This document shows, one piece after another, positions 8,895-18,499 of a stretch of DNA of 40,387 bases. Origin of the DNA: a virus (lineage: Duplodnaviria; Caudoviricetes); the IMG/VR virus record IMGVR_UViG_3300011423_000016, positions 1 through 40,387 of that record. The stretch is one strand, 5' to 3'. Made by a program: the position numbers and the translations under genes. The notes beneath the pieces were generated by a model. It saw only the letters and a list, made by a program, of their open reading frames with translations, did not search any database and had not been told where the DNA came from. Each line of letters opens with the position of its first letter. The stretch's first letter is position 1.

Positions 8895-9892
8895 TGGGCC
8901 TCGAAGCACTAACGCCGTCCACGTTCATCGCCGGACTCACGAAGGAGTGGCCGACGGCGGGTGAGCCGAAGTCACAAGGTGACGATCATATACGGCTGAT
9001 TAAGGGCGTGTTGCAAAATACGTTCCCGAATGCGACGGGGCCGTTCTACTTGCCGTCGACGGGAGTTGGGACTGGTGGTGGGTCTACCACGCTGACGATG
9101 GCGCAGAATGGTCAAAGTATCCTCTACGACACGACGGCGGGTAATGCGACGGTCACATTACCGGCGCTGGGCGTGACGGATCTTGGATGGCACTGCGAAA
9201 TACTCAAGTATTCAACGGATGCCAATGCCATCACGGTTTCGCCGCCGAGCGGGAATATCTTCGGACAGTTCGGCCCGACGTCGACGGTGCGAGTGGGCGT
9301 CACAGCGAGTCCAGCGAAGTTCCTCTGGAACGGGAGTGCGTGGTTCTGTATCAAGAATGGGCCGATGATTGGCTCCACGATTAACTTTGATGGGACGGGG
9401 ACGCCAGCTGGACACCTCGTGTTGGACGGGACGGTGTTCAGTGGGACGACGTTCGCTGAGCTGGCACTGGCGCTCGGTACGACGACGTTGCGCGATAAAC
9501 GCGGACGGACGGAGGTTGGTGAGGATACGTTGGGATTGTTGGCTGGAGTCGTTGCGTCGGCGGTTGGTTCGGTTGGTGGCGCGGGGGCATATTTACTCTC
9601 AGCCTCGCATATACCGAGTGTCCCGGTGACGGGAAGTGCTTCCGTCTCCGTTACGGTCTATCCAGCGGGCAACCCAGGTTTGTATGTTCCCTATGCTGTT
9701 GGCGCTTTTGCTGGTGGTGGCCCTGTTGGTGGTGGCGGCGTTCCGTATGACACCACGAATGTTTCTAATAGCACTAACAGCTTTTCCGGCGGTGGCAGTG
9801 GCAGCATTACAGGGAGCAGCACCGCTGGCGGTGTGCCACATCCCAACGTCCAGCCGACGATTGTCGTGCGTAAACTTGTTCGAGCCTGTTAG
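8894..9892 (+). CDS. Tail fibre protein with tail-collar domain
   Basis: N-terminal GDDHIRLIKGVLQNTFPN anchor; collar-like PMIGSTINF...PAGHLVLDG...DKRGR; C-terminal HPNVQPTIVVRKLVRA. Confidence 0.8.
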   Translation: MGLEALTPSTFIAGLTKEWPTAGEPKSQGDDHIRLIKGVLQNTFPNATGPFYLPSTGVGTGGGSTTLTMAQNGQSILYDTTAGNATVTLPALGVTDLGWHCEILKYSTDANAITVSPPSGNIFGQFGPTSTVRVGVTASPAKFLWNGSAWFCIKNGPMIGSTINFDGTGTPAGHLVLDGTVFSGTTFAELALALGTTTLRDKRGRTEVGEDTLGLLAGVVASAVGSVGGAGAYLLSASHIPSVPVTGSASVSVTVYPAGNPGLYVPYAVGAFAGGGPVGGGGVPYDTTNVSNSTNSFSGGGSGSITGSSTAGGVPHPNVQPTIVVRKLVRAC

Positions 9893-9903
9893 GAACATTC
9901 GTC

Positions 9904-11226
9904 ATGCGAACGGACAATGAGGATTCTGCAAATTTCAACACGCGGTGGAAGAGTGGGAAGTTTTCGCATTCGCAGAAGGTGCTAACGGGACCTGTTACGA
10001 TCACCAAGAATGGTTCGATCGTCAATGTGTTCGATGCGGGGGGTGTGGATCGCGTTGTCACGTTGCCGCCGTATGAGGCCGGACGATTCTACGTTGTGGC
10101 CAATATCGGGACGGCGGGCAATCTGACGATTAATGATGCGCTGGGTGTCACGAAGGCGACGATTGTGGTTGGTGGGTCGTCATTGCTCTTTGCCAGCGAT
10201 TCGAATTGGATCGGCGTGAGTGCGTCACTCGATCTTGAAGTGTTTGGCTATACTGGTCCGTCTCACTCCACGGGACTCGTACCGGACCCTGGTCCGGGAC
10301 CCGTAGGGTCCCCGATGCGGTTCTTGAGTGAGTTGGGGTGGTCGACGGTTGCCGGGCTGGCTGCGAGCAATGCGTACTTCTACACCTGGAAGGGTGGGGC
10401 CGTCACACTGACGCCAGTCGGTGCGGAGGCGATTGAACTGACGTCAGCTAATGCGGCGATAGCGATTCTGGCGAATGCGGGTACGACGCCGAAATCGATC
10501 CGATTCACGCTCGATCAGACGCAGATCGACCATAATCTCCTCCTCAATTATTCGACTGATCGGCATGTCGGGCATTCTCTCGTCGTGCTGACGGCGGGAC
10601 TCGGATTGTCGGGCGGTGGGAATATTGTGACGAGTCGGACGTTCGACTTTGCTCCGAGCGAACTTGCCGTTGTTCCGTTGTCGGGGTTGGATTACTTCGT
10701 GGTCGATATTGCCGCAGGCGGGCCGAGGCGGAGTCTCATTTCGTCGATCAATACGATCATCAATCACGACACGTTAGCGGGCTACGTGGCGAACAGACAT
10801 ATTGACCATTCGGTCGTAAGTATCGTTGCCAGTACGGGACTCACGGGTGGAGGTAATCTGCTCTCGTCGCGGTCGTTGGCAGTGAGTATTCCGTCGTTGA
10901 ACGCGGGTACGCCGGTGGGCGTGGATGAATTTATGTACGTCTCGCAGTCCACTGGCGAGCATCTTCGCGCCCCCGTATCGCTGGTGCTCGGCGGTGGGAG
11001 TGGCGGGGGGATACCCGAAGCGCCCACGGATGGGACGATTTATGGACGGCGGAATGCGGCGTGGACGGCGGTGCCGAGTGGCGGGGGCGGTACTGTGGTC
11101 AGTATCTCCGATACGCCACCGGCCAGTCCGACGGTTGGCCAGCTTTGGTGGGAGAGTGATACGGGTAGGCTATACATTCGGTATAACGATGGGACGTCGA
11201 CGCAGTGGGTACAGGTGGCGGCGTGA
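9904..11226 (+). CDS. Trimeric fibre protein (possible head fibre) with foldon-like motif
   Basis: N-terminus resembles the 7866-8219 protein; internal repeat; GIPEAPTDGTIYGRRNAAW; C-terminal GQLWWESDTGRLYIRYND. Confidence 0.7.
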   Translation: MRTDNEDSANFNTRWKSGKFSHSQKVLTGPVTITKNGSIVNVFDAGGVDRVVTLPPYEAGRFYVVANIGTAGNLTINDALGVTKATIVVGGSSLLFASDSNWIGVSASLDLEVFGYTGPSHSTGLVPDPGPGPVGSPMRFLSELGWSTVAGLAASNAYFYTWKGGAVTLTPVGAEAIELTSANAAIAILANAGTTPKSIRFTLDQTQIDHNLLLNYSTDRHVGHSLVVLTAGLGLSGGGNIVTSRTFDFAPSELAVVPLSGLDYFVVDIAAGGPRRSLISSINTIINHDTLAGYVANRHIDHSVVSIVASTGLTGGGNLLSSRSLAVSIPSLNAGTPVGVDEFMYVSQSTGEHLRAPVSLVLGGGSGGGIPEAPTDGTIYGRRNAAWTAVPSGGGGTVVSISDTPPASPTVGQLWWESDTGRLYIRYNDGTSTQWVQVAA

Positions 11227-11238
11227 AGGGATACCTCA

Positions 11239-13170
11239 ATGGCATTTGATTTTCCATCTTCACCTACGGTCGGACAGCATTATCCGGTGTTTCCGGGTAC
11301 TGGACAGACGCAGTACACTTGGGACGGCGAGAAATGGACTGTAGCGCCGGCACTAGCGCCGGACCTTATTGCTCCAATTTTGACGGCACTCACGGGAGGG
11401 GAGACGGGAACGACTACGGCGTCGTATGTTGTGACGACGGATGAGAATAACGGGACGATTTGGTGGGTGGTGGTGCCGACGGCTGCGGTGCCGCCGAATG
11501 CGGCGCAGATTGTGGCCGGAACGGATGGAAGTGGAAATCCTGCGACGGATAAGGATTCGCAGCCGGTGTTCGGCGTGGGGCCGCAACCTGCGATGACGCC
11601 AAATGGGCTGGCGACTAATACGTTTTACGACTTCTATGTCGTACATCGCGACGCCGCGCTAAATTCGTCTAACATTCCAAATGATGAGTTTCACACGTTG
11701 TCGCTGGACACGACGGGGCCGACGATTGTGTCGTTGTCGCCGGTGGATAATGCGACGGGCGTGTCGATTACAACGAATCTCGTTATTACGTGGAATGAGC
11801 CAGTGTTCCTTCCGACGCCGCTCGGAACGAGTATGCACATTCACCGAGCGTCGGATGGGGTGACGGTTCAGACGTGGTTTGCTAGTGACTTTGGGACTAC
11901 GTGGTCTATTGCAGGGGCAGTTTCGACCCTCACGATCAGTGCGCCGCTGGTACCTGGGACGGAATACTACGTTATTATTGGAGCGTTCTCGGTTCAGGAC
12001 GCGGCAGGCAACGGCTCTGCCGCCTACACATCGCCGACGGCGTGGTCGTTCACGACGTTGGCGATAGCCGCGCCGTCGTTGGAGTTGTATCCGGGGCATG
12101 ATACGGGGACGGTTGGCGATAATACGACTACGGTGGTGAACCCAGATCTTAACGTCAATTTCAATGGCGTTACGACGGTCACGGGAGGGAAGCTTTATAT
12201 TCGCGTTAATGGCGTGGTCGAGTCGATGGGCGGCTTGGGCTACCATGCGCTCACGGCACCGGAAGCTGGTGGCGGTAACATTACTCTCACCGGAATGACG
12301 GCACTTGTGGCACCGGGCACGTATAACATTGAGGGGAAATACGAGGGGTCGGGTTGGGGGACGATACTTGCGTTGACGATTGCTGCGTCGGGCGGGGCTG
12401 ATGCGTCGGCGGAGGTTGCGGCGTGGAAGGCGGAAGTTATAGTTGTAAGTGGGTCTGGTGGCGGTTCGGTTAGTTCGACACAAGAAGCGCGCGTCAAGCT
12501 GTTGATGGAAGACTTGATGAATGCCGGGGCGTGGACGATGTTTGATCGTATCTGGATTCCGAGTGCTGAAAACTTCAAGCAGGCGCAGACGTGTCTTAAA
12601 ACCCGTGGATTTTTTCTACAGAGTGGAACGGGTCTTACATTTACGCCCGCAGTGGGGACGGGTAATCCATCGGGAAGCGGCTACGGCGTCACAGACTTCA
12701 ATCCGACTGCCGCCGGTCTAAACTACACCCAAAATAGCGCGCATCATTCGGTGTGGATTTTGTCAACAACCGACACGACGCCTGGACCCATCATTGCGTA
12801 TGCGAGTGCGCCGGGGTCGAGCCTCTATCCGAAGTTCAACGACGGCAATACGTATTCCCGTGTCAATGACAACCCTGAGGCTGCTGGCTTTCCCAATGCC
12901 GGGACGCAGAAGGGCTACTGGTTCTCGTATCGCTCCAGTTCGACGGGGCGCGGCTGCGATCACGACGGCGTGTCGATTGGTACGTTTCCGTCAATACCGT
13001 CTATTGCGCCGCTCAATACAAACTTCGTGCTGTGGGGCGATGGTTCTGGTTTCGACACCTGCACCATCGGCATTCTGACGTTTGGCGGTGGTGGCATGGA
13101 CGCCACTATGCGCGCTGCCGTTAGAACGGCATTCTTAAATTATCTTACGTCAATCGGAGCACCAGTCTGA
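11239..13170 (+). CDS. Virion accessory protein with FN3-like and bacterial Ig-like domains
   Basis: MAFDFPSSPTVGQ...YTWDGEKW start; Big_5-like DTTGPTIVSLSPVDNATGV...WSFTT; adhesin Ig-like DTGTVGDNTT; beta-rich C-terminal domain. Confidence 0.75.
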   Translation: MAFDFPSSPTVGQHYPVFPGTGQTQYTWDGEKWTVAPALAPDLIAPILTALTGGETGTTTASYVVTTDENNGTIWWVVVPTAAVPPNAAQIVAGTDGSGNPATDKDSQPVFGVGPQPAMTPNGLATNTFYDFYVVHRDAALNSSNIPNDEFHTLSLDTTGPTIVSLSPVDNATGVSITTNLVITWNEPVFLPTPLGTSMHIHRASDGVTVQTWFASDFGTTWSIAGAVSTLTISAPLVPGTEYYVIIGAFSVQDAAGNGSAAYTSPTAWSFTTLAIAAPSLELYPGHDTGTVGDNTTTVVNPDLNVNFNGVTTVTGGKLYIRVNGVVESMGGLGYHALTAPEAGGGNITLTGMTALVAPGTYNIEGKYEGSGWGTILALTIAASGGADASAEVAAWKAEVIVVSGSGGGSVSSTQEARVKLLMEDLMNAGAWTMFDRIWIPSAENFKQAQTCLKTRGFFLQSGTGLTFTPAVGTGNPSGSGYGVTDFNPTAAGLNYTQNSAHHSVWILSTTDTTPGPIIAYASAPGSSLYPKFNDGNTYSRVNDNPEAAGFPNAGTQKGYWFSYRSSSTGRGCDHDGVSIGTFPSIPSIAPLNTNFVLWGDGSGFDTCTIGILTFGGGGMDATMRAAVRTAFLNYLTSIGAPV

Positions 13171-14549
13171 TGGCAACATGGACACTCAGGCAGGTTGTTG
13201 CAAGCACTCCGATGCTCGTACTTACGTCGAGTAACGTTGGCGGTGTCACGGCGTTGCGAACGTTGGAGTTCGATGTAACGTTGCCGACCGCTCCGACGGC
13301 TGGGCAGGTACTCATCTGGAAAACGGATGGCGTCATAAATGACAGGGGTGGTCCGGGACGGGGCCACGTAATTCGCGCGGATCAGATTGCCTCGCAAAGT
13401 ATCAAGCTGCTAATGGACCCGTTCCTGCCGGGTCCGCACTCGTGTACAATTCAACTCATGGCTAGCGATGGGACGACGCCGATTTATCCGGTGTCGCCGG
13501 CGTGCGTGTTTACGGTTCTCACGACGCCGCCGGTTATCTCGGCAGTGAATAAAACGTCGGTTGCTGGTACGAGTGCAAACTTCACGTTCACTACGGATCA
13601 GGATAATGGGATAGCGTACTATGTGGCGTGTAGCTCGCCGCAACCGACCATTACGTTCGCTCAGATCAAAGCCGGTCACGATGCGAGTAACGCCCCGGCG
13701 ACATATGCGGGTAATCAGACCATTTCGACTGTAGGCCCGCATACGGGTACGGCCATTGGGCTTCCGACAATGACCACGATATACCTGTACGTCGTACAGG
13801 AAAATGCGGTTGGTTTGAAGTCGAACATTGGGACGGTGGCGTGGGGACAGGGAAATACGCTGCGTACCGGCTTGGTGTCTTATTGGAAGTTGGATGAAGC
13901 GACGGGTGGCGCAACGGACGCGCATGGGACGAATCATCTTACGGCGGAAGGGACGGGGGGTACGAGTCCGGGTACGGCTCCCGGTGTCATTAATGGAGGG
14001 CGGGATTTTGTCGTTGCAAACCAGCAAGGACTGTTTGTCCTTGACGCCGCCGCGCCGAGCCTTTCCATGGGGGATGATAATTTCGCTATTTCGACATGGT
14101 TCAAAGGTAAGTCTCTTACTAGTCATCAGAATATTGTCGGTAAATGGAATGGGCCGGATCAGTACGAGTACATTCTAATGTACAATGCAATTCCGCACCA
14201 GTTCGCCTTCTACGTTACGCACAATGGAACGACGGCTGTTGGCGTTGTGTCCAATACGGTCACGCCCGTGGTTGGTGTGATGTATAATGTGATTGTCGAA
14301 CACGATAAGATCGCTAATCTTCTGCGAATGTCGGTCAACGACGTGGCGCAGACGCCGGTCGCACACACCCTCGGTGTGTTTAACGGTAGTGGTCGGTTCG
14401 GTATCGGCGCTAGGGATTCGTACTATGTGAATAACAGTGCTGACGCGATAATTGATGAGACGGTGATCTGGGCGCGCACTCTAAGTGCGTATGATAAGAC
14501 GACGATTTTCGCTGGCGGCGCTGGCCTGCCGTATTCCGAATTCGCATAA
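13170..14549 (+). CDS. Virion accessory protein with Ig/FN3-like and LamG/ConA-like domains
   Basis: GLVSYWKLDE...FAISTWFK...IIDETVIWARTLS is a LamG-type signature; TGATG coupling. Confidence 0.8.
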   Translation: MATWTLRQVVASTPMLVLTSSNVGGVTALRTLEFDVTLPTAPTAGQVLIWKTDGVINDRGGPGRGHVIRADQIASQSIKLLMDPFLPGPHSCTIQLMASDGTTPIYPVSPACVFTVLTTPPVISAVNKTSVAGTSANFTFTTDQDNGIAYYVACSSPQPTITFAQIKAGHDASNAPATYAGNQTISTVGPHTGTAIGLPTMTTIYLYVVQENAVGLKSNIGTVAWGQGNTLRTGLVSYWKLDEATGGATDAHGTNHLTAEGTGGTSPGTAPGVINGGRDFVVANQQGLFVLDAAAPSLSMGDDNFAISTWFKGKSLTSHQNIVGKWNGPDQYEYILMYNAIPHQFAFYVTHNGTTAVGVVSNTVTPVVGVMYNVIVEHDKIANLLRMSVNDVAQTPVAHTLGVFNGSGRFGIGARDSYYVNNSADAIIDETVIWARTLSAYDKTTIFAGGAGLPYSEFA

Positions 14550-14560
14550 GGGACGATGAA

Positions 14561-17500
14561 ATGGCTTGGACCGCGGCAATCACTGCTAACCGGAACGCAA
14601 TGTCGCTACAACGGAGCCTCTTCGGCATGTCGTGGCCGTGGGACCCCATTCAGTCCTTCATCAATATGTTCAGTTGTAATGGGACGGGCATGGAGCAGAT
14701 GGGCTTCAGCGACATTACAGACGAACAGGGGTGGATCAATCAACCTGGTCATACGAGTGCGATCTTTGGATTCCTCGTCATTGGCGTACAGCCGCCAATC
14801 CACTATCCCGGTCGCTACATTATGGTCGGACGGGGCGATGGCGAAGTGCGGATGAATCAGTCCGGTGAGGGATATGGTTGGACGCTGGTTCCGGCTGAGT
14901 GCGTGGGCTACGTCAGTTCACCGCTACCAAATTGCTACACGGTCCAAGCGCAGAATACGCACGAATCGACTGATGCGGCTCCGCCGTGGAAACTTGTGTT
15001 CACGCGGAACGATCATCAGGCGACGCCGTTCCCGGCCTACGGAACGCAGATACATTTTACGAATTCCGACTATGCGTCACGAGGTTACTACATCAAGGAT
15101 GTTTGTCTGTGTCGCGAAGATGACTATGCTGATTGGAAGGCTGGGAAGATTTGGCGCAAGCCGTACAAGGATATGATTATCAAGCTGAATCCGGCGTGGA
15201 TTCGGTATCAGATTATGAATGGCGTTCTTGATCTGGCGTGGCAAGTGAGGTTCCGGGATCGCGGCACTGCCGGAACGGTTGCGAGTCCGAATGCGATGAT
15301 TTGGGGCACGAATCGCGCCCAGATACTCCCATACACGACGGCGGTACGGAGCTTTGTCGCTGGAACTGGAGAGCCGCTGTACACGGTAGCGGGCGTTGCG
15401 GGTACGCCCGCGAATATGAAACATGGGGAAATGGTGCGCGTCGAAATCCCGGAAGATTGGGAGACGGCGCAAGGGACGAAGGCGCAACAGGCGAATGGAC
15501 CGAGCATTACTGTTACGAACATCACGTTGGTCAATTATGATGCGGGGACAGGCGTAGCGCCGGTTGTTACGACGGCGACGCCACACGGATTTATCGTCGG
15601 AGAGACGGTGTATATTTCGACAACGTCACCGACTGGCAGTCCGTGGAAGTATTTTGACAGTTCGACCATTCAGGTGGTCGCCGTTCCGTCGCCGACGACG
15701 TTTACGGTTGTGGCGTTCACGGCAGCTTATCCGGCGTTCCCCGGTGGGGCGGTCGTGCAGGTCAACTACGGCATGACGGGGAATGTTGCTGGCATCGAGT
15801 TTAAGGCGAATCCGATTGTTACGTTGCTTCGTGGCCGTCGTTGGCATGTTGGCGATAAGTTGCTGGCACACAACTTCTTCGACAATGCGGGGTGTATGGA
15901 ACTCAATGATCGTATCGTTACGATCACGGAGCGGATCGACAACTGCCACTACAAGATTGATATTGATACGACGGGCTTCTGGCCGATCATTGCGCCGTAT
16001 GGCGGCTTGTCGATTCTCGCGTACATGAAGGTTGGTACGGGCGGGACGCGCGATGGTCCGAGTGGCAAGGGATTTCCTATCCTCTGTCAAGGCGGCTACG
16101 TGCCGGTTGGGGCGAGCTTCTCGAACGTTTTTGGTGGGGTGCATCCGACGAGTGGTTACATCAATGTTCGCACGATGTATTTTCACAAAGACGTCGGCGC
16201 TTACCGGAACGCTGCTGGTGACGTTGCACAATGGGGCGCGTGGTGCGGGTTATTCCCCTCACAGTGGTATGATGGGTCGTTGTTCCCCATTACAAATCTA
16301 CTCCCGGTCGAGTTCCAGGTCAAGCTGCACGTCGAACTGGAAGAGCGGATTATTGAGACGGGGCAGCAGGACACGAAGGGGCCGATCAATCCGTGGTACT
16401 GTTTGCCGTGTATGGGAATGCTGTCGATTGATCCTGACTACGACCCACTCGACAACTACGCTATTGGGTTCGCGAAGGCTTCGTTCGAGGGCATCAATGG
16501 GTGGCCGAAGCTGCCGGGACGATGTTCGATTGCGATTGAGAACGCCAATGAGAGCTTCAACGCGGGCGTCTGTACGTCGTACCACTACGCGCAATCGTGG
16601 TGGCGGTGGAGGGGCAATTCGTGGACCGATGGCACGATGATGCGGTCGATCCATATGTGGCGCGACATCGAATTGGCGTACCCGGCGGAGAAGCATCGGT
16701 TGAAGCGCGTTATGGCGCAATGGGACTTTGGCATCAAGGGCAAAGCATATCACGACAGCGGCAACGGTACGTTCGGTGGTGGTGATTATGTGGTGTTCGC
16801 CACGCGCGGTACGTGCGGCGCGATGGGGGATGGGGAGACTACTGGCGCTTATTTGGTTCCGCCGCTGTACGCTACGTGGTATCACGCGCAGTATCCGGGG
16901 CGGACGCCGGGTGACGTCCATTTCGCCTTTACGAATAAGGTTCCGCCAGAGGCGAGTGCGCCATATTGGCCGACAGATCGAGACCCTACCAAGTGCTTCG
17001 CCGCGAACTACGATTATGTGTCGCCGGGTTACTATCACATTCCGACGGCGCATTGGCATAATTTGCACTTCGTGAGTGCGACGGCGGGTTATGCGGCGGC
17101 GGGCAATGTCGTTCAACTTGCGAGTCATGCCGTCAATTCGGCAGACCCCTACACAACTAACATCGTTTCGACGACGCCGCATCAATTCAACGATGGGGAT
17201 TTGGTGATCTTTACGGACGTGGTGCAGATTTGGGGCGATCAGAGGTTGATCGAACTTTGGCCGTTCGTGGTTACGAATTCAAACAAGGCCGGAAAAACGT
17301 TCACGATCAACATGGATTCGAACCAGCTCGGCGGCGTTGGATCGGCCAATATTATGCACTTCCGCAATGCGGCGCAGGAGCCGTATTTGACCGAGTTTAT
17401 GAACTTCATGTACAACGACGAAGGTCCGTATCTGGATTCGAATAAGCAAATGCTGGACTACAACGGCAAGCACGTTAACATTCCGTGGATGCGGGCGAAC

Positions 17501-18235
17501 TTCCGCAACTACGTGGCTAGGTTGCGTGAGCAGCCGGAGTTGGCGCACGTCAAGATCGCCAGCTATGAGGGTGCGCCGGAAATTCATCAGGGCTACACGC
17601 GGGGTCTTGCTCAGTTCAATTCGTCGTACTACGGCGGGCTTGTCACGAGCGCCGTGCCGACGTGTACGGATGGGCAGGTCCTAGCGTTCTGGCGGGCTGT
17701 GTACTACAGCAACCGTAAGGGAGAAGCGCAGCGGGATTACTTGGCGCTGCCGACGGAGGAGGAGTTCAGGGACGATATTGAGTGTATGTCTGATCTGACG
17801 ATCATTGCGTGGCAAGGCGCAAGGTGGGGCTTCACGCTCGGAAATCCGTGGGTAGCGGGAACGCGCAATGCGCCAGAGTGGTCAGCGATACCCCCGGCGC
17901 AGATTGCGGCTGGGGTGTTCAATGATTCGACCATTACCGGACCCGGACTCGAAGCGCCGACAGTCTCAGCGCTCAGCGTCGGGGCGACGCCGAACCTTTT
18001 GATCGACTTTCACACGCCGCCGGTCGCAGGCCGGAAGGTGTATTTGAAGCTGAATGGAATGCCGATAAACATCGGCGGAATTGGCTATCACGCCATTACG
18101 ACGCCCGAGGCGGCGAGTGGCGCGACGACGATTACGTTCAATGCCATGCCGACGCTGACGCCCGGTACGTACGCCGTCGAGGCCAAGTACGATACGAGTA
18201 CGTGGGGTCCAATGTTCGCAATGACAATAACGTAG
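14561..18235 (+). CDS. Large virion protein, putative clan GH-A-like glycoside hydrolase with inserted beta-domains and a C-terminal Ig-like domain
   Basis: PWYCLP...IENANESFN and IASYEG motifs; three PHGF..G..V-type repeats. Confidence 0.6.
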   Translation: MAWTAAITANRNAMSLQRSLFGMSWPWDPIQSFINMFSCNGTGMEQMGFSDITDEQGWINQPGHTSAIFGFLVIGVQPPIHYPGRYIMVGRGDGEVRMNQSGEGYGWTLVPAECVGYVSSPLPNCYTVQAQNTHESTDAAPPWKLVFTRNDHQATPFPAYGTQIHFTNSDYASRGYYIKDVCLCREDDYADWKAGKIWRKPYKDMIIKLNPAWIRYQIMNGVLDLAWQVRFRDRGTAGTVASPNAMIWGTNRAQILPYTTAVRSFVAGTGEPLYTVAGVAGTPANMKHGEMVRVEIPEDWETAQGTKAQQANGPSITVTNITLVNYDAGTGVAPVVTTATPHGFIVGETVYISTTSPTGSPWKYFDSSTIQVVAVPSPTTFTVVAFTAAYPAFPGGAVVQVNYGMTGNVAGIEFKANPIVTLLRGRRWHVGDKLLAHNFFDNAGCMELNDRIVTITERIDNCHYKIDIDTTGFWPIIAPYGGLSILAYMKVGTGGTRDGPSGKGFPILCQGGYVPVGASFSNVFGGVHPTSGYINVRTMYFHKDVGAYRNAAGDVAQWGAWCGLFPSQWYDGSLFPITNLLPVEFQVKLHVELEERIIETGQQDTKGPINPWYCLPCMGMLSIDPDYDPLDNYAIGFAKASFEGINGWPKLPGRCSIAIENANESFNAGVCTSYHYAQSWWRWRGNSWTDGTMMRSIHMWRDIELAYPAEKHRLKRVMAQWDFGIKGKAYHDSGNGTFGGGDYVVFATRGTCGAMGDGETTGAYLVPPLYATWYHAQYPGRTPGDVHFAFTNKVPPEASAPYWPTDRDPTKCFAANYDYVSPGYYHIPTAHWHNLHFVSATAGYAAAGNVVQLASHAVNSADPYTTNIVSTTPHQFNDGDLVIFTDVVQIWGDQRLIELWPFVVTNSNKAGKTFTINMDSNQLGGVGSANIMHFRNAAQEPYLTEFMNFMYNDEGPYLDSNKQMLDYNGKHVNIPWMRANFRNYVARLREQPELAHVKIASYEGAPEIHQGYTRGLAQFNSSYYGGLVTSAVPTCTDGQVLAFWRAVYYSNRKGEAQRDYLALPTEEEFRDDIECMSDLTIIAWQGARWGFTLGNPWVAGTRNAPEWSAIPPAQIAAGVFNDSTITGPGLEAPTVSALSVGATPNLLIDFHTPPVAGRKVYLKLNGMPINIGGIGYHAITTPEAASGATTITFNAMPTLTPGTYAVEAKYDTSTWGPMFAMTIT

Positions 18236-18244
18236 GACGAGACG

Positions 18245-18499
18245 ATGCCACAACCGCCAGACGTGCAAGAAGTATATACGGTACTCGATGCTATCATTGA
18301 TGGCGATGAGCAGTATGTGATTGTCACGGCGGACTCACCGCCGCTACGGAGGTTGTCGTATCGGTGGGGATTGGAGGTTCTCAGTGGCGAGGCGACGGGG
18401 AAAATTCGTCAAATCTTGAATGATAATCAGAACCTCCGAATGCTGACGGTCGATAGCATTGATGGCATTCTGCCGGGCGATACATGGAGATACTTCTGA
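18245..18499 (+). CDS. Hypothetical protein (84 aa)
   Basis: AGGA RBS; TGATG coupling to the downstream protease. Confidence 0.7.
   Translation: MPQPPDVQEVYTVLDAIIDGDEQYVIVTADSPPLRRLSYRWGLEVLSGEATGKIRQILNDNQNLRMLTVDSIDGILPGDTWRYF

Noticed and set aside
11239-18235. Diversity-generating retroelement acting on the fibre genes
   Set aside because: No reverse transcriptase is present. The repeats are diverged protein-level domains, not template/variable pairs differing at adenines.
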